Part shown: positions 1 to 7,127 of the stretch, one piece after another
How positions within the stretch are numbered: position 1 is the first letter of the stretch
Layout: the number at the start of each line of letters is the position of its first letter
UHGV virus genome: UHGV-1348655
Length of the DNA: 23,392 nt
DNA from: a virus
Reading direction: 5' to 3' (one strand)
Notes under the pieces: model-generated
Databases searched by the model: none
What the model saw: only the letters and a program-made list of their open reading frames with translations
Told to the model about the DNA's origin: nothing
Translations under genes and position numbers: made by a program

Positions 1-2
1 TT

Positions 3-206
3 ATCAAAGAAGGCGAGAATGCAGGGAAAGAAACACTAAGTCGTATCGGTTATTACAGCAAGTTTGAGCATCTGGTTAAAGAGTTATGCAACCGTGAAAT
101 CCTGTTATCTCAGGCGCAGACGCTACAGGATATTCAGCAGCATATCGAGACTTTAGGTGTATCACTTAGCATGGCTGTTGACCAGTTCGTGGAGAGTAAA
201 TCATGA
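3..206 (+). CDS. Hypothetical early-region protein, 3' fragment (5' end lies outside the window)
   Basis: Frame 3 is open from the window edge to TGA at 204-206; same strand and spacing as the downstream early-left genes. No recognisable motif. Confidence 0.35.
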   Translation: MKEGENAGKETLSRIGYYSKFEHLVKELCNREILLSQAQTLQDIQQHIETLGVSLSMAVDQFVESKS

Positions 207-345
207 GATGACTTGCATACAATCCCGGCATTCTTCCGGCAGAAATGATTATTCGCCAACGCGTAAAGCCAATGCCATCGAGAGAGGAATTGCTTAAGAG
301 AAATAGTTTCGGTTCTGTTAATGACAACAAATATCTGAATGCAAT

Positions 346-825
346 GTGGCGGAGTGGGAAGAAATGAAACAAATGTCACTAATTGAGATGGATGGATTTC
401 TGAAAGGTAAATGCATCCCACGAGATTTAAAGGTTAACGAAACAAACGCTGAATATCTGGTGCGTAAATTTGCTGAAGCGGAGGCCAAGTACGCGGCGCT
501 GGCAGCGGAGAATGCGGGGCTGAAGTCTGGCGCTATGGACGAAATCAAGGTTATCAACCGTGGAGGGCAGGAATATTGCGTAAAAGATGGAGTGCAAGTT
601 AATCCCATGTATGCAAGAGGGTGGAATGACTATCGCGCAAAGTCTCTGCAATCAGACACCCCAGCCACCGATGCTTTCCTGACTGAAATTGAACGCAAAG
701 CAATCCGAAAGTTCATTAACAGCATTGAACACATCCTGCGTGACAAGCTGTCTCCGTATGACACCGAAGAGATGCTTGAGGCTATGCGTATTTTTCTGGA
801 AGAACAGGGAGGTGAGCAAAAATGA
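346..825 (+). CDS. Hypothetical early accessory (ea-type) protein, 159 aa
   Basis: ORF in the six-frame track; its stop overlaps the next start (ATGA at 822-825), suggesting translational coupling. An alternative start at ATG 364 has a GGAG-type Shine-Dalgarno upstream. Confidence 0.55.
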   Translation: MAEWEEMKQMSLIEMDGFLKGKCIPRDLKVNETNAEYLVRKFAEAEAKYAALAAENAGLKSGAMDEIKVINRGGQEYCVKDGVQVNPMYARGWNDYRAKSLQSDTPATDAFLTEIERKAIRKFINSIEHILRDKLSPYDTEEMLEAMRIFLEEQGGEQK

Positions 826-1139
826 CGATCACAAAACAACGGGTAGAAGAAATCATATCCCGCATTGAAATGTATGGGCATGGTGCAGGGTATACCGCCG
901 AAGAGGTTTATGACCTGGCTGTACTGGCGCTGAATTTATCAAATATCGCAAACCTGAAGCGATACGAGCTTGATATGGATGGATGTGACTCGTGCGGTCA
1001 GGATTGTGGCGCTGACATGACTGAAGATTCTGATGGCGATTATGTCCTGTTTGATGACGTGGTTAAGTTGTTTGAGTTTGATACAACCACTCAGAAGCTA
1101 GAAAGCCCAGCAAAGGAGGCAACCAGTGAGCAAGATTGA
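822..1139 (+). CDS. Hypothetical acidic early accessory protein, 105 aa
   Basis: ORF coupled to the upstream gene by an ATGA overlap; an AGGAGG for the next gene lies in its 3' end. Confidence 0.5.
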   Translation: MTITKQRVEEIISRIEMYGHGAGYTAEEVYDLAVLALNLSNIANLKRYELDMDGCDSCGQDCGADMTEDSDGDYVLFDDVVKLFEFDTTTQKLESPAKEATSEQD

Positions 1140-2127
1140 CTATCAGGTACTGCGTGAGGCAGCAGTAGCAATTGAAACAGTAGCAACGCCTCAAAAATTG
1201 CTGGCATTTCGTATGAAATTCACACCTCAGGTTGTGCTGGCACTGCTGGATGAACGGGAAAGAAACCAGCAATACATCAAACGCCGCGACCAGGAGAACG
1301 AGGAAATTGCGCTAACGGTAGGGAAACTGCGTGTTGAGCTGGAAGGCAAAGACAGCAAAATAGCCAATCTTACCGCAGAACGCGATGCTCTTCGTGAAGG
1401 TGAGATGGGCGACGCTAGGCATAGCAACACACGGTCCGCAGCTGATATCTACTTCCAACTGGTCGAGGAGTGCGAAATTCCTGCTGGCGGATCTCTGGTC
1501 GAGTACGTTGATGATATGCGCGAGAAGCTGGAAGCCGCAGAGAAGCGCATTGCAGAACTGGAGTCGCTGACGGTACCACAGTTACCGCAGCCAGCGCCGG
1601 TAGCTGTGCCTGATGCGATGGAAATGGATGATGACTTTGACAGCGCGTTTGAACACGGAAAAGCTGTCGGCTGGAACGCCTATCGCGCCGCCATGCTTCA
1701 GGCCGAACCTGTAAGTAATAGTGATGAGTTACCGCTGGACTATCTGCAAGGACACAAAGACGGCCTGGAGTGGGCTGCACAATTGGCAGAAGCCAATCAT
1801 CCGCAAACAGGTGACTGGTTGTACGACGACCCAATCGATCTTGCCAGGGCGATTCGCAAAGGTCCTGATATGCCTACTGTTCAGGCTGGCAACTCTCCGG
1901 TAACTCCGGATGGTTGGATAAGCTGTAGTGAGCGAATGCCTGAAAAGGGCCAGAATGTGCTTATTTCGGTGAATTTCGATAGCTCTCTGGTTGAACCGCT
2001 AATATGCTCCGCACGCTATACCGGAAGCACCTTTCGGCGCGGAGATGCAACGATTAAGCCGGGTAATGGTATTGAGCAAGCAACTCACTGGATGCCGCTA
2101 CCAGAACCTCCGCTGGAGGCGAAGTAA
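1126..2127 (+). CDS. Ea22-like protein with C-terminal DUF551-type domain, 333 aa
   Basis: GTG start at 1126 preceded by AGGAGG (1114-1119). Residues LLDERERNQQYIKRRDQENEEIALTVGKLRVELE match lambda Ea22 as I recall it; the C-terminus (GWISCSERMPEKG...THWMPLPEPP) has the DUF551 signature common in prophage early regions. Confidence 0.75.
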   Translation: MSKIDYQVLREAAVAIETVATPQKLLAFRMKFTPQVVLALLDERERNQQYIKRRDQENEEIALTVGKLRVELEGKDSKIANLTAERDALREGEMGDARHSNTRSAADIYFQLVEECEIPAGGSLVEYVDDMREKLEAAEKRIAELESLTVPQLPQPAPVAVPDAMEMDDDFDSAFEHGKAVGWNAYRAAMLQAEPVSNSDELPLDYLQGHKDGLEWAAQLAEANHPQTGDWLYDDPIDLARAIRKGPDMPTVQAGNSPVTPDGWISCSERMPEKGQNVLISVNFDSSLVEPLICSARYTGSTFRRGDATIKPGNGIEQATHWMPLPEPPLEAK

Positions 2128-2525
2128 TGGAAAATGAAAGCGACAACGTCATCTCTCTGGTGCAGCCAAAGCGCAATGAAGAGAAACTGCTGAACATCAC
2201 TGTAACTGACAGAAAAAACTACATACAACATAGCTGTAAGCATCGGGCTATCGAGGTTTGTGAAACTGATCGCGTTGTTCGTTGCACAAAGTGCGGCTGC
2301 GTTATTGACCCCTTCGAGCACATCCTGCAGGTAGCTACTGATGGTGAGCATATCGTCACTGAGATTGAGCAACTCCATCGTCGCCGTGATGAGTTGCGCG
2401 AGTCTGTAGCCAACCTTGAGCGCGAAGAAAAGAACACCAAAGCACGGTTGCGAGCAGCAAGGACTGCAATACTGTATGCGGAAAATGACCTTAAAAATAT
2501 TGAGCAGGAGGTTAACCATGGCTAA
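2127..2525 (+). CDS. Hypothetical protein with Cys/His zinc-finger-like cluster and coiled-coil C-terminus, 132 aa
   Basis: TAATG overlap with the upstream gene; spaced Cys/His residues (HSCKH ... CTKCGC ... H) followed by a charged heptad-like tail. Confidence 0.55.
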   Translation: MENESDNVISLVQPKRNEEKLLNITVTDRKNYIQHSCKHRAIEVCETDRVVRCTKCGCVIDPFEHILQVATDGEHIVTEIEQLHRRRDELRESVANLEREEKNTKARLRAARTAILYAENDLKNIEQEVNHG

Positions 2526-2557
2526 CCTGCAACTTGCCGTCAAAGGTGAATAACAAT

Positions 2558-2612
2558 CCTCGCACTCGCGGGGATTTCTTTTATCTGAACTCGCTACGGC
2601 GAGTTTTGCTTT
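2558..2612 (+). terminator. Tandem intrinsic-terminator-like hairpins after the 132-aa gene
   Basis: CCTCGC-act-GCGGGG (2558-2573) followed by ATTTCTTTT, then AACTCGC-tacg-GCGAGTT (2588-2605) followed by TTGCTTT. Confidence 0.4.
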
Positions 2613-2625
2613 ATGGAGATGATAA

Positions 2626-2793
2626 ATGTACTTTCGAGTCACAGGTGAATGGAATGGAGAACCATTCAACAGGGTTATCGAAGCAGAGGACTTCAACGAC
2701 TGCTATGACCACTTGATGATATGGGCGCAGATAGCACATGCAGACGTAACCAATATTCGAATTGAAGAACTGAAAGAACACAAAACCGCCTGA
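2626..2793 (+). CDS. Small hypothetical protein, 55 aa (below the ORF-track size cutoff)
   Basis: ATG 2626 preceded by GGAG (2615-2618); open frame to TGA 2791-2793; a strong terminator follows immediately. Confidence 0.4.
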   Translation: MYFRVTGEWNGEPFNRVIEAEDFNDCYDHLMIWAQIAHADVTNIRIEELKEHKTA

Positions 2794-2809
2794 TGGCGGT
2801 TTTTTCTTG
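2782..2809 (+). terminator. Rho-independent terminator upstream of xis
   Basis: AAAACCGCC-tgat-GGCGGTTTT hairpin followed by TTTTTCTT. Confidence 0.6.
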
Positions 2810-2832
2810 CGTGTAATTGCGGAGACTTTGCG

Positions 2833-3051
2833 ATGTACTTGACACTTCAGGAGTGGAACGCACGCCAGCGACGCCCAAGAAGCCTTGAAACAGTTCGTCG
2901 ATGGGTACGCGAGTGCAGGATATTCCCTCCTCCGGTTAAGGATGGAAGAGAGTATCTGTTCCACGAATCAGCGGTAAAGGTTGACTTAAATCGACCAGTA
3001 ACAGGTAGCCTTTTGAAGAGGATCAGAAATGGGAAGAAGGCGAAGTCATGA
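2833..3051 (+). CDS. xis: Excisionase Xis, lambda type, 72 aa
   Basis: Sequence MYLTLQEWNARQRRPRSLETVRRWVRECRIFPPPVKDGREYLFHESAVKVDL matches lambda Xis; overlaps the int start as in lambda. Confidence 0.9.
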   Translation: MYLTLQEWNARQRRPRSLETVRRWVRECRIFPPPVKDGREYLFHESAVKVDLNRPVTGSLLKRIRNGKKAKS

Positions 3052-4099
3052 GCGCCGGGATTTACCCCCTAACCTTTATATAAGAAACAATGGATATTAC
3101 TGCTACAGGGACCAAAGGACGGGTAAAGAGTTTGGATTAGGCAGAGACAGGCGAATCGCAATCACTGAAGCCATACAGGCCAACATTGAGTTATTTTCAG
3201 GACACAAACACAAGCCTCTGACAGCGAGAATCAACAGTGATAATTCCGTTACGTTACATTCATGGCTTGATCGCTACGAAAAAATCCTGGCCAGCAGAGG
3301 AATCAAGCAGAAGACACTCATAAATTACATGAGCAAAATTAAAGCAATAAGGAGGGGTCTGCCTGATGCTCCACTTGAAGACATCACCACAAAAGAAATT
3401 GCGGCAATGCTCAATGGATACATAGACGAGGGCAAGGCGGCATCAGCCAAGTTAATCAGATCAACACTGAGCGATGCATTCCGAGAGGCTATAGCTGAAG
3501 GCCATATAACAACAAACCCGGTCGCAGCCACTCGCGCTGCAAAATCAGAGGTAAGGAGATCAAGACTTACGGCTGACGAATACCTGAAAATTTATCAAGC
3601 AGCAGAATCATCACCATGTTGGCTTAGACTTGCAATGGAACTGGCTGTTGTTACCGGGCAGCGAGTTGGTGATTTATGCGAAATGAAGTGGTCTGATATC
3701 GTAGATGGATATCTTTATGTCGAGCAAAGCAAAACAGGCGTAAAAATTGCCATCCCAACAGCATTGCATGTTGATGCTCTCGGAATATCAATGAAGGAAA
3801 CACTTGATAAATGCAAAGAGATTCTTGGCGGAGAAACCATAATTGCATCTACTCGTCGCGAACCGCTTTCATCCGGCACAGTATCAAGGTATTTTATGCG
3901 CGCACGAAAAGCATCAGGTCTTTCCTTCGAAGGGGATCCGCCTACCTTTCACGAGTTGCGCAGTTTGTCTGCAAGACTCTATGAGAAGCAGATAAGCGAT
4001 AAGTTTGCTCAACATCTTCTCGGGCATAAGTCGGACACCATGGCATCACAGTATCGTGATGACAGAGGCAGGGAGTGGGACAAAATTGAAATCAAATAA
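3029..4099 (+). CDS. int: Tyrosine integrase Int, lambda type, 356 aa
   Basis: Near-identical to lambda Int from MGRRRSHERRDLPPNLYIRNNGYYCYRD to the C-terminal catalytic region (HELRSLSARLY ... LLGHKSDTMASQY). Confidence 0.95.
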   Translation: MGRRRSHERRDLPPNLYIRNNGYYCYRDQRTGKEFGLGRDRRIAITEAIQANIELFSGHKHKPLTARINSDNSVTLHSWLDRYEKILASRGIKQKTLINYMSKIKAIRRGLPDAPLEDITTKEIAAMLNGYIDEGKAASAKLIRSTLSDAFREAIAEGHITTNPVAATRAAKSEVRRSRLTADEYLKIYQAAESSPCWLRLAMELAVVTGQRVGDLCEMKWSDIVDGYLYVEQSKTGVKIAIPTALHVDALGISMKETLDKCKEILGGETIIASTRREPLSSGTVSRYFMRARKASGLSFEGDPPTFHELRSLSARLYEKQISDKFAQHLLGHKSDTMASQYRDDRGREWDKIEIK

Positions 4100-4330
4100 T
4101 GATTTTATTTTGACTGATAGTGACCTGTTCGTTGCAACAAATTGATAAGCAATGCTTTTTTATAATGCCAACTTAGTATAAAAAAGCTGAACGCGAAACA
4201 GCAAAAGACAATAATATCAATGTGTTACAATGCATTTAGTCTAAAAGATAGACTGCATAATGCTACAAAACACAACATATCCAGTCACTATGAATCAACT
4301 ACTTAGATGGTATTAGTGACCTGTAACAGA
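4100..4330. other. Intact attP (P' arm, 15-bp core 4173-4187, P arm)
   Basis: The core is the reverse complement of the lambda core GCTTTTTTATACTAA. The int-proximal arm (4100-4172) matches lambda exactly as I recall it; the distal arm (4188-4330) is homologous but diverged centrally and keeps CAGTCACTAT-type arm sites. Confidence 0.8.
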
Positions 4331-4332
4331 GC

Positions 4333-4377
4333 ATTAGCGCAAGGTGATTTTTTGTCCTCTTGCGCTAATTTTTTGTC
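4333..4377 (+). terminator. sib/tI-like hairpin and terminator downstream of int across attP
   Basis: 11-bp stem ATTAGCGCAAG / CTTGCGCTAAT (4333-4343, 4359-4369) with a 15-nt loop, followed by TTTTTGTC; position matches the lambda sib retroregulation element. Confidence 0.65.
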
Positions 4378-4671
4378 AACTCACTGGGTTAGTTGAATTT
4401 ACAACCATGCTCAGTATCTCGATAAGCGCAGAGAAATGATGCAGTGGTGGGCGGATTGGCTTGATGAGAAGGTGTCATAGGGAAGCAGAACAAAGCCTTG
4501 CAAACCGATGCAAAGCATTGTGTGTACCACGTTACAGTTAATGAAAAACAATCATAAATGTCAATGATGTACATCTGAGAACCACATGCATAAAACATGA
4601 TTTCATTGGCTGATCAGAAGCTTCTCAAGTGCTACACTATCCAAGTCTGTTTTCGTCACGGTTAACTGACA

Positions 4672-4709
4672 AACAGGGCCCCGGCTATGAGAGTAGTTGG
4701 GGCCCTGTT
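4672..4709 (-). terminator. Hairpin 30 bp downstream of the membrane-enzyme gene (candidate terminator)
   Basis: AACAGGGCCCC ... GGGGCCCTGTT, an 11-bp GC-rich stem; on the minus strand it is followed by TTTGTCAGTT. Confidence 0.5.
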
Positions 4710-4739
4710 ATTACAACAAGGTTAAACAATCTATAATCT

Positions 4740-6197
4740 TTATTGCATGATATCTTTTGAAGACAACCCGTTTACAATTGGATTATATTGATAAAGCTTT
4801 TTGTCATATGACATTATCATTGGGTTATCATTTTCTTTAGAAAAAATATCATAGTTATCTATTGTTAAATTTGTCTTGACACCAATCCATGAAGCAAAAA
4901 AGTCAATAAAATGCTTGGCGCTTCTAGTTGTATCTGCCATTGTTGTTTCTTTGTCATCGCTAGAGGCAACAAAAAATGGAACTTGGTATGATTGTTTTTT
5001 TGATGCATCTCTTCTTACCTTATAACCATTGCCATCTTTAATCATATTTAATCCATGATCTGAAAAATACACCATGGAAAATGATTCACCAGAATCCTCA
5101 AGATATGTATATATATCCTTAATGAAATCATCTGTTTTGTTGTAAGTTGAAAGGTAGCAATTAACAACCCTGCCACTTTTTGTTTTATATTTTATTGGAT
5201 AATCAAACAATCGATCGCAAGGATATTCATGAGATCCAACAATATGAACAAATATAACTTTTCTTTCTTTTAGTTTTATCTTCTCTTTTATTACTGGAAG
5301 CAATCCGAAGTCATCAGCCTTGTTAAAATATTTAAATTTCGCATAGTTAGATATTCTGCTTGATGCAATATTATACTGCCCTGAATAACCTTGTGATGAT
5401 ATCCAAAAAGTATTAAGTCCAGCCATGTTTGCTAGCTCAACAATGTTGTCCTGCTCATAAACAGAACCATTATCACTTGTTTTAGACAGTATTCTTGGTA
5501 CGGCTAGAGTTGTGTTTATTGCTGTAGTTATATAATTACTAATGTATCTCTTGGGGATTGAGTCTATAAACGGTGTCGTATCTAAACTAAACCCATATAG
5601 CGACATGAAATCCTTTCTCATGGACTCACCAATAACAACAACATATGTATTATACTTTGGTGTAATCTTATTTTTTATCAACCAAGAACTTGCAGGAAGA
5701 TTATCTACCTGTAGGCTTTTATATTCCTTAATGATATCTGAAACCAACCCACCGAATATCATAAAGTAGCATGAAGATGTAATTAGTAGCAATGGGGTTA
5801 ATGTTATTAAAATTAATTTTCTTCTTATTTTTTTCTGTTCATAATTGAATGCATATATGATCGTGAAAACAAAAAGAAAAACTGAACAGACCATTATTAT
5901 TAAGTGCGTTGTTGGGATTGACATATGGAACTGTATTGTCTCGCTTATGTCTGTAGCAAGAAGTACGTCCAATAGTGACGGCTTTAATAGTCCTTTTGTT
6001 AGAATTGCATCTGGAATCAATACGCTAAGTAATATTCCAAAAATTAGCAATATAGTTCTTGGTATTTTAAACAAAGATAAAGAAAATAAAGTTATAAACG
6101 ATAGAAATAAAATTGATATATTTATGCTGCCAATTGCTATATATTGCATCAAATATGATAGCACAAAACTACATATTGCTATTAATAACAACTTCAC
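4740..6197 (-). CDS. Inner-membrane sulfatase-superfamily enzyme, phosphoethanolamine-transferase-like (EptA/MCR/YhbX-type), 485 aa
   Basis: GTG start at 6197 with AGAGGA 8 nt upstream. About five hydrophobic helices in the first ~160 residues, then a soluble domain with motifs VVVIGESMRKD, VHIVGSHEYP and YFSDHG that resemble the metal and nucleophile motifs of that family. The gene is visibly much more AT-rich than the phage backbone. Confidence 0.8.
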   Translation of the reverse strand: MKLLLIAICSFVLSYLMQYIAIGSINISILFLSFITLFSLSLFKIPRTILLIFGILLSVLIPDAILTKGLLKPSLLDVLLATDISETIQFHMSIPTTHLIIMVCSVFLFVFTIIYAFNYEQKKIRRKLILITLTPLLLITSSCYFMIFGGLVSDIIKEYKSLQVDNLPASSWLIKNKITPKYNTYVVVIGESMRKDFMSLYGFSLDTTPFIDSIPKRYISNYITTAINTTLAVPRILSKTSDNGSVYEQDNIVELANMAGLNTFWISSQGYSGQYNIASSRISNYAKFKYFNKADDFGLLPVIKEKIKLKERKVIFVHIVGSHEYPCDRLFDYPIKYKTKSGRVVNCYLSTYNKTDDFIKDIYTYLEDSGESFSMVYFSDHGLNMIKDGNGYKVRRDASKKQSYQVPFFVASSDDKETTMADTTRSAKHFIDFFASWIGVKTNLTIDNYDIFSKENDNPMIMSYDKKLYQYNPIVNGLSSKDIMQ

Positions 6198-6237
6198 TAA
6201 TACAGTCCTCTGTTAAGGAATATTAAATAGTGATGTT

Positions 6238-6243
6238 ATTATA
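6238..6243 (-). promoter_or_regulatory. Candidate -10 hexamer (TATAAT on minus strand) for the membrane-enzyme gene
   Basis: The minus strand reads GAGTATAAT about 40 bp upstream of the GTG start; the -35 element is weak or ambiguous. Confidence 0.3.
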
Positions 6244-6402
6244 CTCATTTTTTATAGTAATGAAAGATTCATTTTAAATGACATTCACATTTGATCGCCT
6301 TCTCCTACTGTAGGAGCGAGAAGGCGTGCTTAGTTGCTATAATTACTGGTGATGCTGCCAACTTACTGATTTAGTGTATGATGGTGTTTTTGAGGTGCTC
6401 CA

Positions 6403-6678
6403 GTGGCTTCTGTTTCTATCAGCTGTCCCTCCTGTTCAGCTACTGACGGGGTGGTGCGTAACGGCAAAAGCACCGCCGGACATCAGCGCTATCTCTGCTC
6501 TCACTGCCGTAAAACATGGCAACTGCAGTTCACTTACACCGCTTCTCAACCCGGTACGCACCAGAAAATCATTGATATGGCCATGAATGGCGTTGGATGC
6601 CGGGCAACAGCCCGCATTATGGGCGTTGGCCTCAACACGATTTTACGTCACTTAAAAAACTCAGGCCGCAGTCGGTAA
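6403..6678 (+). CDS. insA: IS1 InsA, 91 aa
   Basis: [43 protein letters not shown] is the canonical InsA sequence. Confidence 0.95.
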
Positions 6679-7100
6679 CCTCGCGCATACAGCCTGGCAG
6701 TGACGTCATCGTCTGCGCGGAAATGGACGAACAGTGGGGCTATGTCGGGGCTAAATCGCGCCAGCGCTGGCTGTTTTACGCGTATGACAGGCTACGGAAG
6801 ACGGTTGTTGCGCACGTATTCGGTGAACGCACTATGGCGACGCTGGGGCGTCTTATGAGCCTGCTGTCACCCTTTGACGTGGTGATATGGATGACGGATG
6901 GCTGGCCGCTTTATGAATCACGCCTGAAGGGAGAACTGCACGTTATCAGCAAGCGATATACGCAGCGCATTGAGCGGCATAACCTGAATCTGAGGCAACA
7001 TCTGGCAAGGCTGGGCAGGAAGTCACTGTCGTTCTCAAAATCGGTGGAGCTGCATGACAAAGTCATCGGGCATTATCCGAACATAAAACACTATCAGTAA
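6597..7100 (+). CDS. insB: IS1 InsB frame (transposase is made as InsAB' by a -1 frameshift)
   Basis: Canonical InsB reading frame overlapping the insA 3' end; the A-run frameshift site lies in the overlap. Confidence 0.9.
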
Positions 7101-7127
7101 GTTGGAGTCATTACCTAATTACTTAAT

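Larger units (their letters stand above)
6348..7115 (+). mobile_element. Insertion sequence IS1, complete (768 bp), flanked by an 8-bp direct repeat TAATTACT (6340-6347 and 7116-7123)
   Basis: Starts GGTGATGCTGCCAACTTACTGATTTAGTGTATGATGGTG and ends GTTGGAGTCATTACC, the canonical IS1 terminal repeats; insA and insB reading frames are intact. Confidence 0.95.

Noticed and set aside
134-421. Minus-strand ORFs (95 and 68 aa) at the left edge
   Set aside because: They oppose the otherwise uniform plus-strand early-left transcription unit and overlap the start of the 159-aa gene; the plus-strand partial frame is more plausible.
4380-4670. 69-aa minus-strand ORF (4389..4598) between sib and the conversion-gene terminator
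   Set aside because: No ribosome-binding site and a Cys-rich, odd composition; the region is more likely a divergent remnant of the phage b-region.
4740-6197. Annotating the cargo gene as an Oac-type acetyltransferase or Gtr glucosyltransferase by position alone
   Set aside because: The protein has a sulfatase-type soluble domain with PEtN-transferase-like motifs rather than the 10-helix acyltransferase-3 or GtrA/B/C architecture.
5542-6216. Plus-strand ORFs (75 and 123 aa) inside the membrane-enzyme gene
   Set aside because: Antisense to a well-supported gene in very AT-rich DNA where long spurious frames are common; no start signals.
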